Positions 1-10,056 of a DNA stretch of 64,000 bases are shown piece after piece. The notes beneath the pieces were generated by a model. That model did no database searches. It was given only the letters and a program-made list of their open reading frames with translations, and was not told where the DNA came from. The stretch is taken from assembly GCF_046462195.1 (NCBI RefSeq), contig NZ_JBKGUN010000108.1, positions 9,628-73,627 of the forward strand, written 5' to 3'. The position numbers were made by a program, and so were the translations under genes. Source of the stretch: Paracoccus sp. (in: a-proteobacteria). GTDB taxonomy: Bacteria; Pseudomonadota; Alphaproteobacteria; Rhodobacterales; Rhodobacteraceae. Within the stretch, counting starts at the first letter, position 1, and each line of letters opens with the position of its first letter.

Positions 1-630
1 CTCGATATGGCGGGGCTGCGTGACGAATTTTTCGATGAAGATGCGGTCGTCGCCGAAGCTGTTGGCTGCCTCGCTCCTTGATGACTGGAAGCCTTCGCGC
101 GCTTCATCATCATTCCAAGCGATGCGCATGCCCTTGCCGCCACCGCCTGCGCTGGCCTTGATCATGACGGGATAGCCGATCTGGGCGCTGATGCGTGCGG
201 CTTCGTCCGCATCCGCAATCAGCCCCATGTGGCCCGGAACCGTGCTGACACCCGCCTGCTGCGCCAGCTTCTTCGAGGTGATCTTGTCGCCCATCGCCTC
301 GATCGCCCCCGATGGCGGGCCGATGAAGATCACGCCCTCGGCCTCCAGCGCCTCGGCGAATTTCATGTTTTCGGACAAGAAGCCATAGCCGGGATGGACC
401 GCCTCGGCGCCGGTCTGGCGGATGGCGTCCATGATCCTGTCGATCACGATATAGGACTGGTTGGCGGGCGGGGGACCGATATGAACGGCTTCGTCGGCCA
501 TCTTCACATGCAGGGCATTGCGGTCGGCATCGGAATAAACGGCGACCGTGGCGATGCCCATCTTGCGCGCCGTCTTGATGACGCGGCAGGCGATCTCGCC
601 CCGGTTGGCGATCAGGATCTTGTTGAACAT
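1..630 (-). CDS. pccA: propionyl-CoA (acyl-CoA) carboxylase alpha subunit, biotin-carboxylase N-terminal part; the 3' end lies beyond the left edge
   Basis: My own reverse-strand translation from the ATG (complement of 628-630) reads [60 protein letters not shown]...[20 protein letters not shown]. This is the classic biotin carboxylase/ATP-grasp N-terminus. It is missing from the ORF track because the window edge truncates it. pccB is nearby on the same strand. Confidence 0.9.
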   Translation of the reverse strand, partial: MFNKILIANRGEIACRVIKTARKMGIATVAVYSDADRNALHVKMADEAVHIGPPPANQSYIVIDRIMDAIRQTGAEAVHPGYGFLSENMKFAEALEAEGVIFIGPPSGAIEAMGDKITSKKLAQQAGVSTVPGHMGLIADADEAARISAQIGYPVMIKASAGGGGKGMRIAWNDDEAREGFQSSRSEAANSFGDDRIFIEKFVTQPRHIE

Positions 631-654
631 GGGTCCCCCCGGCCCTCAGGCATG

Positions 655-692
655 AAAAAACCGCCCAAGGGTGCGACAGGCACCCCGGGCGG
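655..692 (-). terminator. rho-independent terminator downstream of the small lipoprotein genes
   Basis: Minus strand shows CCGCCCGGGGTG-loop-CACCCTTGGGCGG followed by a T6 run (A6 at 655-660 on the plus strand). Confidence 0.6.
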
Positions 693-745
693 CATGGACG
701 GATTTCCGGTCGCCGGAAGGGCGACCGAACAAAACCGTCAGCGGG

Positions 746-958
746 TCATTGGCACAAACGGAAGTCGTTGCACAGCGCGCCTGCGGCGCCACCGATGGCC
801 GCACCGCGAACGACGTTGCCGCCGCTGACCGATGCTGCTGTCGCGCCGACGCCGGCACCGATAAGGGCGCGGTCGGTGTCGGTCGGGTTGATGCCCTGGG
901 TGCAGCCGGCAACGGCGGTTGCACCGACCAGGGCGGCAATGGCAAAGAATTTGGGCAT
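746..958 (-). CDS. small glycine-zipper lipoprotein
   Basis: ORF 746..994. The internal ATG at 958 gives MPKFFAIAALVGATAVAGC, a signal peptide plus lipobox VAGC. The body is Gly/Ala-rich and the C-terminus is LCNDFRLCQ. Confidence 0.7.
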   Translation of the reverse strand: MPKFFAIAALVGATAVAGCTQGINPTDTDRALIGAGVGATAASVSGGNVVRGAAIGGAAGALCNDFRLCQ

Positions 959-1033
959 GATATCAATCCTGTTCGTTGAATGGCAGGAGCGCAACGCGCC
1001 GCCTGCCGGATCGTTTCAAGGCTGTCGCGTCGA

Positions 1034-1276
1034 TCAGTAGCGACGCTGGCAGATGCCGGCGTCATCGCACAGTGCGCCGCCCACGGCGCCGATGGCCGCA
1101 CCGGTCGCAATGTCTTCGTTGAGCGCCTTGGCGACAACGGCACCGGCAACGGCGCCGCCAGCGGCACGCTGCGCGTCCGGGCTGATGCCGCCGCCCTGAT
1201 AGCCGGGCGCACAGGCCGAAAGGCCGGCTGCGACCAGCGCCAGGCCGGCGAGACGAAGAGCGAAGGTTTTCTGCAT
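1034..1276 (-). CDS. small glycine-zipper lipoprotein, paralog of 746..958
   Basis: MQKTFALRLAGLALVAAGLSAC gives a signal peptide plus lipobox. It has a Gly/Ala zipper, and its C-terminal LCDDAGICQ mirrors the neighbouring gene. Confidence 0.7.
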   Translation of the reverse strand: MQKTFALRLAGLALVAAGLSACAPGYQGGGISPDAQRAAGGAVAGAVVAKALNEDIATGAAIGAVGGALCDDAGICQRRY

Positions 1277-1403
1277 GATAGTATGCCTGTCTTGGTGGGC
1301 CTGATGAAGGCCGGTTGTAGGTCAGGACCGGTTATCGCACAGCCGTACCCCGCGTCAAACTGACATGCGTGTGACTTCAAGGGGTTCAGCGTCAAATGGC
1401 GCA

Positions 1404-1832
1404 TCAGCGGCGTGCCCCGCCCTCATCATCCTCGTCTTCGTCATCCCATGCGTCCTCGTCGTCCCAGTCGAAGGCAGGCGGAGCGTCCTGGACGAAGAGC
1501 TCGGGGAAGGCAGCCTCGGCTGCGGCCATGTCGACCTGCAGCAACTGGTCGTAATCGGCAGGGTCGAATTCGCCGATAGGCTTGACCTCGCGCCCGATCA
1601 GCCAAGACAGGCGGCCGGCATCAAGATTGCCGCGGGGAAAGGGCTCTTCCCCGAAATGGTTGATCAGCGCCGACAGAAAGCCGGCATCGGCCCGCTTGTC
1701 GGCAGGCTTGCGGTCCTTGAACCGCTCGCGCCGCGAGATGGGCGTGGCGCCCTTCTTGCGATTCTCACGCCGGATGGTGAACTGGAAGTCTGTGCCGGGC
1801 AGGCGCCCGGGAAAGCCGCGATGCTTCAGCAT
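1404..1832 (-). CDS. hypothetical protein with a basic N-terminus and a strongly acidic C-terminal tail
   Basis: ORF 1404..1877 starts with GTG. I prefer the ATG at 1832 (MLKHRGFPG...). The protein ends ...DWDDEDAWDDEDEDDEGGARR. I recognise no family. Confidence 0.45.
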   Translation of the reverse strand: MLKHRGFPGRLPGTDFQFTIRRENRKKGATPISRRERFKDRKPADKRADAGFLSALINHFGEEPFPRGNLDAGRLSWLIGREVKPIGEFDPADYDQLLQVDMAAAEAAFPELFVQDAPPAFDWDDEDAWDDEDEDDEGGARR

Positions 1833-1919
1833 GGCATGGCCCTTGTGCTGGGGCGCGCGGGGCCTGCTGCTGCGCACGGGCAGGCTGACCGCCCGCGCGC
1901 GATGGTCGGACGGTTCGTC

Positions 1920-2075
1920 TTAGCCGAACTTGCCCTGATAAACAGGCTCGGTCGTGACCGGGTTGCCCATGGGCGCTGCCGGTGCGGTCGGCACATAAAC
2001 GTCGGCAGGCTGCTGGCGCTGGCAGGCAGCAAAGGCGGAAACCAGCACGAGGCCCAGAATGATTTTCTTCGACAT
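1920..2075 (-). CDS. 51-aa putative lipoprotein, below the ORF-track size cutoff
   Basis: My own translation: MSKKIILGLVLVSAFAACQRQQPADVYVPTAPAAPMGNPVTTEPVYQGKFG*. It has a signal peptide, lipobox FAAC, and an AGGAG Shine-Dalgarno 9 nt upstream of the ATG. Confidence 0.6.
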   Translation of the reverse strand: MSKKIILGLVLVSAFAACQRQQPADVYVPTAPAAPMGNPVTTEPVYQGKFG

Positions 2076-2280
2076 GGGGATACGCTCCTGTAAAGCGGGC
2101 GCGGCTGCGCCCGTCTGCTCGGGTTGCGGACGGCTTGTTGGGTGGCCGACCTGGCGGCGATGATAACCGCGGCCCCGCGCCGCAGACAGGCGGGGAGGCG
2201 GCCAACAGGTACAGCAATGATGGGCTGTGGCGCTGTTGCATCATTCACGCGTTTGTGCATGGCAGGCGGCCCTTCGTCTA

Positions 2281-3813
2281 TCACAGCGGAATGTTGTCGT
2301 GCTTCTTCCACGGGTTCGACAGGCGCTTGCGCCGCAAGCTGGCGAAGGCACGCGCCACTCGCTTGCGGGTGGAGCGCGGCTGGATCACCTCGTCGATGAA
2401 ACCCTTTTCCGCGGCAACGAAAGGATTGGCGAACCGCTCCTCGTAATCCCGCGTCCGGGCGGCAATCTTCTCGGGATCACCCAATTCGCTGCGATACAGG
2501 ATCTCGACCGCGCCCTTGGCGCCCATGACGGCAATCTCGGCCGTGGGCCAGGCATAGTTGAAATCGCCCCGCAGATGCTTGGAGGCCATGACGTCATAAG
2601 CCCCGCCATAAGCCTTGCGGGTGATTACGGTGACCTTCGGAACCGTTGCTTCGCCATAGGCAAAGAGCAGTTTGGCCCCGTGCTTGATCACCCCGCCATA
2701 TTCCTGCCCCGTGCCGGGCAGGAAACCCGGCACGTCCACCAGTGTCAGGATCGGGATCTCGAACGCGTCGCAAAAGCGGACAAAGCGGGCAGCCTTGCGG
2801 CTGCTGTCGATGTCCAGGCAGCCCGCCAGCACCATCGGCTGGTTTGCAACGACCCCCACGGTCTGTCCTTCGATCCGAACGAACCCGATGATGATGTTGC
2901 CGGCAAAATCCTTCTGGATCTCGTAGAAATCCCCTTCATCGGAAACCTTCCGGATCAGCTCCTTCATGTCATAGGGTTGATTGGGGTTGTCGGGGATCAG
3001 CGTGTCGAGGCTGGGCTCGATGCGGGCCGGGTCGTCGAAAAACGGCCGCGTCGGTGCCTTTTCGCGGTTGTTCAGCGGAAGAAAGTCGAACAATCGCCTG
3101 ATTTCGCTCAGCGCTTCGACATCGTCCTCGAAGGCGCCGTCAGCCACCGACGATTTGCGGGTATGGGTGGACGCACCGCCCAGCTGTTCGGCCGTCACCA
3201 CTTCGTTCGTGACGGTCTTGACCACGTCGGGCCCGGTCACGAACATGTAGGACGTGTCCTTCACCATGAAGATGAAGTCGGTCATGGCAGGCGAATAGAC
3301 GGCGCCGCCGGCACAGGGGCCCATGATGACGCTGATCTGCGGGATCACCCCCGAAGCCATGACATTGCGCTGGAACACATCGGCATAACCCGCAAGGCTG
3401 GCCACGCCTTCCTGGATGCGCGCCCCGCCCGAATCATTGAGGCCGATGACCGGGGCACCGTTCTGCATGGCCATGTCCATGATCTTGCAGATCTTCTGGG
3501 CATGGGTTTCCGACAGGCTGCCGCCGAAGACGGTGAAATCCTGCGAAAAGACGTAAACCATGCGCCCGTTGATCGTGCCCCAGCCTGTCACGACCCCGTC
3601 TCCATAAGGCCGGTCCGCCTCCATTCCGAAATCGGTGGAGCGATGGGCGACGAACATGTCGAATTCCTCGAAGCTCTCCTCATCCAGCAGCAGTTCGATC
3701 CGTTCGCGGGCCGTCAGCTTGCCGCGGGCATGCTGGGCATCGATGCGACGCTGGCCGCCACCCAGCCGAGCCTCGTCGCGGCGCCGTTCAAGCTCTTGCA
3801 GAATGTCCTTCAT
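2281..3813 (-). CDS. pccB: propionyl-CoA carboxylase beta subunit (carboxyltransferase)
   Basis: 510 aa, [52 protein letters not shown]...; full-length carboxyltransferase with typical PccB N- and C-termini. Confidence 0.95.
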   Translation of the reverse strand: MKDILQELERRRDEARLGGGQRRIDAQHARGKLTARERIELLLDEESFEEFDMFVAHRSTDFGMEADRPYGDGVVTGWGTINGRMVYVFSQDFTVFGGSLSETHAQKICKIMDMAMQNGAPVIGLNDSGGARIQEGVASLAGYADVFQRNVMASGVIPQISVIMGPCAGGAVYSPAMTDFIFMVKDTSYMFVTGPDVVKTVTNEVVTAEQLGGASTHTRKSSVADGAFEDDVEALSEIRRLFDFLPLNNREKAPTRPFFDDPARIEPSLDTLIPDNPNQPYDMKELIRKVSDEGDFYEIQKDFAGNIIIGFVRIEGQTVGVVANQPMVLAGCLDIDSSRKAARFVRFCDAFEIPILTLVDVPGFLPGTGQEYGGVIKHGAKLLFAYGEATVPKVTVITRKAYGGAYDVMASKHLRGDFNYAWPTAEIAVMGAKGAVEILYRSELGDPEKIAARTRDYEERFANPFVAAEKGFIDEVIQPRSTRKRVARAFASLRRKRLSNPWKKHDNIPL

Positions 3814-3980
3814 GACCGGCCTCCTGGCAGTGTTTGGGGAACGCTAAACCGGGATGCAGGTGCAGCAAAGGAAATTCGAGGAAGTTTGCAAAGCTTTTGA
3901 TGAAGGAAGGCGGCAAACTGAAAAGCTGCAAACGCCATGATGTGCAGGCTCTTGACGCGGGCAGGACGGAGAGGCAAGCC

Positions 3981-5003
3981 ATGCCCATGGGTTTGCAGAT
4001 CGATCTTTCGGCCATTGTGGCCAATCATGCGGCGCTGGCGGCCAAGGCCCCCGGTGCCAAGGCAGCGGCGGTTGTCAAGGCCGACGCCTATGGCCTGGGC
4101 GCGACCCAGGTGGCGCCGGCACTTTATGCAGCCGGGGTGCGCGACTTTTTCGTCGCCCTCGCGGCCGAAGGTAGGGCGATCCGGCCTTATCTGCCCACTG
4201 ATGCACGCATCAACGTGCTGTCGGGCCATATGGAGGGCGAGGATCTGACGGGCCTGATCCCGATCCTGAACAGCCCCGGGCAATTCTTTCGCGACCGGGC
4301 GATGCGTCCCGATCAACCTTTCGCGATCCAGCTGGACACCGGCATGAATCGCCTTGGCATGGAGGCGCCTGAATGGGCCGCCCTGCGCGACGAAGCGCTG
4401 GCGGCGCGGCCGTCCTTTGTCATGTCACATCTGGCCTGCGCCGATGAACCCGATCACCCGGCAAATGCGGCGCAGCTTGCGGCGTTCCGGGCCATGACCG
4501 ACGATTGCGGCGTGCCGCGTTCGCTGGCCGCGACGGGCGGCATCCTGCTGGGTCCGGACTATCATTTCGACCTGATACGGCCGGGTATCGGACTTTATGG
4601 CGGAATGCCCTTTGCCGAGGCGCGGCCCGTGGCGCAACTGTCGCTGCGGGTCATCCAGACACGGGCCGTCAAGGCGGGCGAGATGGTGGGCTATGGCGCG
4701 TCCTGGCATGCCAGTCGCGACAGCCGCATCGCCACCGTCGATGCAGGCTATGCTGATGGCATCCTGCGTGCCTTTTCCGGCAGTGGCGCCAGGCTTTATG
4801 CCGGGGATGTGGCCTGTCCGATCGTCGGGCGTGTCTCGATGGACCTGATCACCGTCGATATCACGGATCTGGACAGTGTGCCTGATATGCTGGACCTGAT
4901 CTGTCCCCAACAGCCTATCGACCAGCTGGCGGACCTTGCGGGTACGATCGGATACGAGATCCTTACGTCCTTGGGGCTGCGCTATCAGCGGACCTATCAG
5001 TGA
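3981..5003 (+). CDS. alr: alanine racemase
   Basis: ORF 3834..5003 contains AAVVKADAYGLGA (PLP-lysine motif). The likely start is the ATG at 3981 (MPMGLQIDLSAI...), preceded by GGAGAGG. Confidence 0.85.
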   Translation: MPMGLQIDLSAIVANHAALAAKAPGAKAAAVVKADAYGLGATQVAPALYAAGVRDFFVALAAEGRAIRPYLPTDARINVLSGHMEGEDLTGLIPILNSPGQFFRDRAMRPDQPFAIQLDTGMNRLGMEAPEWAALRDEALAARPSFVMSHLACADEPDHPANAAQLAAFRAMTDDCGVPRSLAATGGILLGPDYHFDLIRPGIGLYGGMPFAEARPVAQLSLRVIQTRAVKAGEMVGYGASWHASRDSRIATVDAGYADGILRAFSGSGARLYAGDVACPIVGRVSMDLITVDITDLDSVPDMLDLICPQQPIDQLADLAGTIGYEILTSLGLRYQRTYQ

Positions 5004-5764
5004 CGTTCATCCGGGCGATTGGCCGTCCTGCCTTGCGATTGACCCGAAGCATCGGCGCGGTGACGCTATTCGCGTGGCGGGGCATGATCGCATTGCACCC
5101 CTTCCCGGGGCCCGCGATCCTGAGACAGCTGATCCAGATCGGCTGGCTGTCGCTGCCCGTGGTGGGGTTGACGGCACTGTTCACGGGCGCGGCGCTGGCC
5201 TTGCAGATCCATTCCGGCGGCGAACGGTTTCAGGCTGGCGACGTGGTCCCTGCCATCGTGGCCATCGGGATGGTGCGGGAACTGGGTCCGGTTCTGGGAG
5301 GGCTGATGGTGGCGGCCCGCGTCGCCAGCTCCATCGCGGCCGAGATCGGAACCATGCGCGTGACCGAGCAGATCGACGCGCTGGTGACCCTGTCCACCGA
5401 CCCTGTCCGTTGGCTGGTGACGCCGCGCCTGTGGGCCGCGGTGCTGGCCCTGCCGGCGCTGGTGGCAGTGGGCGACATCATCGGTATCATGGGCGGCTGG
5501 CTGGTCGGCACACTGTCCCTTGGCTTCAACTCGGTGACCTACATCGACAACAGCTGGGCCTATCTCGAGGTTTGGGATGTCGGCTCCGGCCTGATCAAGG
5601 GCGCCGTCTTCGGGCTGGTGGTGGCGCTGTCCGGCTGCTGGTTCGGCATGCGCTCCGGCCGTGGCGCGGCAGGGGTCGGCAGGGCCACGACCTCGGCGGT
5701 GGTGGTGGCGGCGGTCGGTATTCTTGCATCGAACTTTGTCCTGACGGGGCTGTTCTTTCGATGA
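5000..5764 (+). CDS. mlaE: MlaE-family ABC transporter permease
   Basis: 254 aa multi-TM protein with ...GMVRELGPVLGGLMVAARVASSIAAEIGTMRVTEQIDAL..., typical of MlaE/YrbE. Its GTG start overlaps the alr stop (GTGA). Confidence 0.85.
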   Translation: MTFIRAIGRPALRLTRSIGAVTLFAWRGMIALHPFPGPAILRQLIQIGWLSLPVVGLTALFTGAALALQIHSGGERFQAGDVVPAIVAIGMVRELGPVLGGLMVAARVASSIAAEIGTMRVTEQIDALVTLSTDPVRWLVTPRLWAAVLALPALVAVGDIIGIMGGWLVGTLSLGFNSVTYIDNSWAYLEVWDVGSGLIKGAVFGLVVALSGCWFGMRSGRGAAGVGRATTSAVVVAAVGILASNFVLTGLFFR

Positions 5765-6477
5765 TCGAGGTGCGGGGCCTGACCAAATCATTCGGCGCCA
5801 AGAGCGTTCTGGATGGCGTCGACCTTGCAGTGGGGCAGGGCGAAAGCCTTTGCGTCATCGGCCAATCGGGAACCGGCAAGTCGGTCCTGCTGAAATGCAT
5901 CCTTGGATTGGCGGAACCCGAGGCAGGGCAGGTTCTGTGGCAAGGGCGCCCGCTGGACTGCGCATCCCGCACCCGCTTCATGTCGCGTTTCGGCATGTTG
6001 TTCCAAGGTGCGGCACTGTTCGACAGCCTGTCCGTCTGGCAGAACGTCGCCTTTCGGCTGCGCCAGCGGATGCCGGACGCCAAGGCGCGGGTCTTAGCCC
6101 TGGACAAGCTGGAGCGGGTCGGGCTTGGTCCCGAAACGGCGAACCTGATGCCTGCGGAATTGTCGGGCGGAATGGCGAAACGCGTAGGGCTGGCCCGGGC
6201 CATTGCCGATGACCCACAGGTGATCTTCTTTGATGAACCAACGACCGGCCTGGACCCCATCCGTGCCCGCGCCATCGATGCCCTGATCCGCGGCATCGTG
6301 ACCGAGACAGGGGCCATCGCCGTCACCATCACCCATGACATGGAGTCAGTGCGGGCCATCGGTGACCGCGTCGCACTGTTGCAGGACGGTCGCATCAGGC
6401 ACGATGGGCCCGTGCAGGACATGGACAAGGCACCCGAACTGGGCGCTTTTCTGGGCCTGGCCAAAGGCAAACCGTGA
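5761..6477 (+). CDS. mlaF: MlaF-type ABC transporter ATP-binding protein
   Basis: Inside the 4936..6477 frame: MIEVRGLTKSFGAKSVLDGVDLAVGQGESLCVIGQSGTGKS (Walker A), LSGGMAKRVGLARA (signature) and IFFDEPTTGLD (Walker B). ATGA overlap with mlaE. Confidence 0.9.
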   Translation: MIEVRGLTKSFGAKSVLDGVDLAVGQGESLCVIGQSGTGKSVLLKCILGLAEPEAGQVLWQGRPLDCASRTRFMSRFGMLFQGAALFDSLSVWQNVAFRLRQRMPDAKARVLALDKLERVGLGPETANLMPAELSGGMAKRVGLARAIADDPQVIFFDEPTTGLDPIRARAIDALIRGIVTETGAIAVTITHDMESVRAIGDRVALLQDGRIRHDGPVQDMDKAPELGAFLGLAKGKP

Positions 6478-6624
6478 TCTTTTTTGCCAATCCCATGCAA
6501 CTTTTCGCCCCTGAACCTGTTTTGCCGCAAGGCGGCAAGAAACCCGCCATCCTTCACCCCATGGCCTTGTGCGAATCTGCGCCCCTTGCCACCATGATTT
6601 CAGACGCCTGAGCAGGAGAAGAAT

Positions 6625-7701
6625 TTGGGCCTAACCCCGACGCCCCCCGTTGCGACCCCCTCGGCTGAAACCCTTTTGGAATTTCCCGACAATCGGCTGT
6701 TGATCGACCTGTGCGGTGCCAATGACCGGCACCTGGCCCGAATCGAGGAAGCGCTTGGCGTCCACATCCTCCGCCGCGGCAACCAGCTTGCCGTTGTCGG
6801 TACCCCCGAAGCGCAGGCCGAGGCCGCGCAATTGCTGCAGGGCCTTTACGCCCGGCTGGAACAGCACCGTCCTGTCGGCCTGCCCGAGATCGAGGCCGCA
6901 TTGCGCATGGGGATCGAACCCGCAGGCGAGGTGACGCCTGACCAGCAACTGGAGATGTTCGCGCAGGGAAATTACGAACTGCGCACCCGGAAGAAGTCGG
7001 TCGAGCCGCGGACCGACGCGCAGAAGGCCTATGTCCAGTCGCTGTTCCAGAACGAGTTGGCCTTCGGCATTGGTCCGGCGGGCACGGGCAAGACCTATCT
7101 GGCGGTGGCCGTGGGCGTGACCATGCTGATTGGCGGCCATGTGGACAAGATCATCCTGTCGCGTCCCGCCGTCGAAGCGGGCGAGCGTTTGGGCTTTCTG
7201 CCGGGGGACATGAAGGAAAAGGTCGATCCCTACATGCAGCCGCTCTATGACGCGCTGAACGATTTCCTGCCCGGCAAGCAGATGCAGAAGCTGGTGGAGG
7301 AAAAGCGCATCGAGATCGCGCCACTGGCCTTCATGCGCGGCCGCACCCTATCGCGTGCCTTCGTGGTGCTGGACGAGGCGCAGAACGCAAGCTCGATGCA
7401 GATGAAGATGTTCCTGACCCGTCTTGGGGAGGGTTCGCGCATGGTCATCACCGGCGACCGCACGCAGATCGACCTGCCGCGTGGCATGCAGTCGGGACTG
7501 GTGGATGCCGAAAAGATCCTCAAGGATGTCAAGGGCATCAGCTTCAGCTATTTCACCGCCGACGACGTCGTGCGCCACCCGCTTGTGGCCCGCATCATCA
7601 AGGCTTATGACGCCGAGGAAGTCGCGGCCCTTGCCCGTGGCGAAACAGGAGAGCCGCGCGGCCAGTACGTGCCCCGCCGGCAGTTTCGGAACGATGCTTG
7701 A
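6625..7701 (+). CDS. phoH: PhoH-family ATPase (YbeZ-like)
   Basis: 358 aa with GPAGTGKTYLAVA (Walker A) and ...SRPAVEAGERLGFLPGDMKEKVDPYMQPLYDAL.... TTG start after AGGAGA. Confidence 0.9.
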   Translation: MGLTPTPPVATPSAETLLEFPDNRLLIDLCGANDRHLARIEEALGVHILRRGNQLAVVGTPEAQAEAAQLLQGLYARLEQHRPVGLPEIEAALRMGIEPAGEVTPDQQLEMFAQGNYELRTRKKSVEPRTDAQKAYVQSLFQNELAFGIGPAGTGKTYLAVAVGVTMLIGGHVDKIILSRPAVEAGERLGFLPGDMKEKVDPYMQPLYDALNDFLPGKQMQKLVEEKRIEIAPLAFMRGRTLSRAFVVLDEAQNASSMQMKMFLTRLGEGSRMVITGDRTQIDLPRGMQSGLVDAEKILKDVKGISFSYFTADDVVRHPLVARIIKAYDAEEVAALARGETGEPRGQYVPRRQFRNDA

Positions 7702-8191
7702 CGAGATAAGCGCAGATTGCGTCATCGAGGACGACCGATGGCAGGCCGCCGGTCTCGAGGATCTGGCGGCCAAGGCGGTCGGGGCCACGTTACGCTGGCA
7801 TGAGATGGGCGGCGAGGTCGTGGTGATGGGCTGCGACGACGCCCGGATCGCCAGCCTCAACGCCGATTTCCGGGGCAAGCCACGCGCGACCAATGTCCTG
7901 TCATGGCCTTCCGTCGAGCATGAGCCGCATGAGCCCGGTGTTCGTCCCACCCCTCCCGACGAGGAGGAACTGGGCGACATCGCCATTGCCTTCGAAACAT
8001 GCGAGGCCGAGGCGCAGGCGCAGGGGAAACCCTTGGACCACCACGTCCTGCACCTGCTGATCCATGCCACGCTGCATCTGCTGGGCTATGACCATGACAA
8101 CGACCTCGATGCGGAATGCATGGAGGCGACAGAGCGGGTTATTCTGGCCACGCTGGACGTTCCCGACCCTTACGGAGATCCAAACCCATGA
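7694..8191 (+). CDS. ybeY: rRNA maturation endoribonuclease YbeY
   Basis: MLDEISADCV... with the zinc motif HATLHLLGYDH. The start overlaps the phoH end. Confidence 0.9.
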   Translation: MLDEISADCVIEDDRWQAAGLEDLAAKAVGATLRWHEMGGEVVVMGCDDARIASLNADFRGKPRATNVLSWPSVEHEPHEPGVRPTPPDEEELGDIAIAFETCEAEAQAQGKPLDHHVLHLLIHATLHLLGYDHDNDLDAECMEATERVILATLDVPDPYGDPNP

Positions 8192-9102
8192 ATTCCGACA
8201 CCCGATTACCCGAACAGCCCGCACACGAGCCATTGTTCGACACGAGCGATGACCCTGATCGCGAACCGACCGGCTCGCGCGGCTTTTTCGGGAGGGTTTT
8301 TCACGCCCTCACGGGTTCCGAATCGGGCGATGGCGCCGGTAACGAGGCCGAGCGGCACGTGGAAGGGCGACTCGGTCTGGTGAACCTGCGGCGGATGCGG
8401 GTCGATGACGTTGCCATTCCCAAGGTCGAGATCATTGCCGCGCCGCTGAACATCACGCTTGACGATCTGGTGACGATGTTCCGCGAACACGGATTTTCTC
8501 GCATCCCGGTATTTCGGGGCACGTTGGACAGCCCGCTTGGACTGATCCATCTCAAGGATCTGGCGCTGAAGCACGGGTTCGGCGCGGGCGGCAAGTTCAC
8601 GCTGCGCCCGATGTTGCGCCCGATGCTGTATGTTCCGCCCTCCATGCCCATCGGCGTTCTGCTGCAGCAGATGCAGACCAAGCGCATCCACATGGCGCTG
8701 GTCATCGACGAATATGGCGGCGTGGATGGGCTGGTCACGATCGAGGACCTGATCGAGCAGGTCATCGGGGAAATCGAGGACGAGCATGACGAGGATGAAG
8801 GCGGGCTGTGGGTGCGTGAAAAGCCGGGCCAGTGGCTGATCCAGGCACGGGCCGATGTGCGCGATGTCGAGGCCGAGACGGGCCTGCAGCTGATCGATCC
8901 GTCCAACACCGAAGAGGTGGACACTCTGGGTGGCCTGATCTTCATGCTGACCGGCCGTGTTCCGCTGCGCGGTGAGGTGATCGGCCACGAATCGGGTGCG
9001 GAATTCGAGGTGGTCGATGCCGATCCCCGCCGGCTGAAGCGAATCCGGTTGCGCCTGCCCAGCGCCGCTGCCTCAACAGGTCCGATCGCGGCCCAAGCCT
9101 GA
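8188..9102 (+). CDS. corC: CBS-domain hemolysin/CorC-family protein (YbeX-like)
   Basis: MNSDTRLPEQ...VDDVAIPKVEI...FSRIPVF...IDEYGGVDGLVTIEDLIEQVIGEIEDEHD, i.e. CBS pair plus CorC_HlyC. ATGA overlap with ybeY. Classic phoH-ybeY-corC order. Confidence 0.88.
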   Translation: MNSDTRLPEQPAHEPLFDTSDDPDREPTGSRGFFGRVFHALTGSESGDGAGNEAERHVEGRLGLVNLRRMRVDDVAIPKVEIIAAPLNITLDDLVTMFREHGFSRIPVFRGTLDSPLGLIHLKDLALKHGFGAGGKFTLRPMLRPMLYVPPSMPIGVLLQQMQTKRIHMALVIDEYGGVDGLVTIEDLIEQVIGEIEDEHDEDEGGLWVREKPGQWLIQARADVRDVEAETGLQLIDPSNTEEVDTLGGLIFMLTGRVPLRGEVIGHESGAEFEVVDADPRRLKRIRLRLPSAAASTGPIAAQA

Positions 9103-9106
9103 GGCG

Positions 9107-10054
9107 TCAGCTGGCCTCGAAACGGGCCAGCATCGCCTCGAAGAAGGTCTCCCGCAGGGCTGGAATCTCCATCATCACCTCGTGGCGGGCGCCTTGAACC
9201 TCCAGAAGCTCCGCGCCCGACCAGCGGCTGGCACGATCCCGGATCGCGGCAGGCGACACGACTTTTTCCTCGGATCCCAGCGACACCAGCATGGGAAGGG
9301 CAGGTGAGGGGATGCGCGACAGGCGCGCGCATTCGTTCAGGGCCTTGCCGACCCAATCGAAGCTGGCGCCGCCGATGGTAAGATCGGGCCAGCAGGCGGC
9401 CTCGCGCACCAGGCGTGCCCATTCGTCGGCGTTGCCGCTGAGCAGATTGGCAGTGAAGCTTTCGTCCAGCACATAGGTTGTTTCCGAACCGCCGCTGCCG
9501 GGCGCGGTGAAACCACCCCGTCCGACGCGCCCTGCAAGATAGGCGATGCCCATGGCGACGCCATGGCGGAGGCGGTGCAGGTTGATCCCCCACATGGGGG
9601 CCGAAAACACCGCGCTCTGCACGGGCAGTTCGGCATCCAGCGCCGCAAGCCCGATGCAGCCGCCCATCGAATGGGCCAGCAGATGCCACGGTTGCGGCAG
9701 GGACAAATGCCGCGCCGCCACGACCATCTCGACCACGTCGCGCTGATAATCCTGAAACTGCCCGATATGGCCGGGGCGGGGGTCGGCCTGCAGCCGGTCG
9801 GACAAGCCTTGCCCGCGCCAGTCGATGGCAAGGACATGGTAGCCATGGGCATTGAGGCGGCGGGCGACAGGCGCGTACTTCTCGATATATTCGGTCCGCC
9901 CCGGAAACAGGAGGATGCTGCCCCGGGACGCGTCCTGATCAGCCCCCCACCACCCCAGACGCAGCCGGACCCCGTCCTCGGCCTTCATGAAAAAGGCATG
10001 GGCGGGGACGGATGCCTCGTCGGGGAGTTGGTGGAAGGGCGCCGCCTCCATCAA
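9107..10054 (-). CDS. alpha/beta hydrolase (lysophospholipase-like)
   Basis: 315 aa with LLFPGRTEYIEKY...HVLAIDWRGQGLS...LLAHSMGG (nucleophile elbow GHSMGG-type). Confidence 0.8.
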   Translation of the reverse strand: MMEAAPFHQLPDEASVPAHAFFMKAEDGVRLRLGWWGADQDASRGSILLFPGRTEYIEKYAPVARRLNAHGYHVLAIDWRGQGLSDRLQADPRPGHIGQFQDYQRDVVEMVVAARHLSLPQPWHLLAHSMGGCIGLAALDAELPVQSAVFSAPMWGINLHRLRHGVAMGIAYLAGRVGRGGFTAPGSGGSETTYVLDESFTANLLSGNADEWARLVREAACWPDLTIGGASFDWVGKALNECARLSRIPSPALPMLVSLGSEEKVVSPAAIRDRASRWSGAELLEVQGARHEVMMEIPALRETFFEAMLARFEAS

Positions 10055-10056
10055 GG

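Noticed and set aside
2227-3900. 557-aa plus-strand ORF overlapping pccB
   Set aside because: It is antisense to a full-length, highly conserved PccB. It has low-complexity composition and no motifs.
4936-5760. N-terminal 275 codons of the 513-aa ORF 4936..6477
   Set aside because: This stretch overlaps the real mlaE in another frame and reads as Arg/Gly-rich nonsense. The ABC ATPase begins at the ATG at 5761 (MIEVRGLTKSF).
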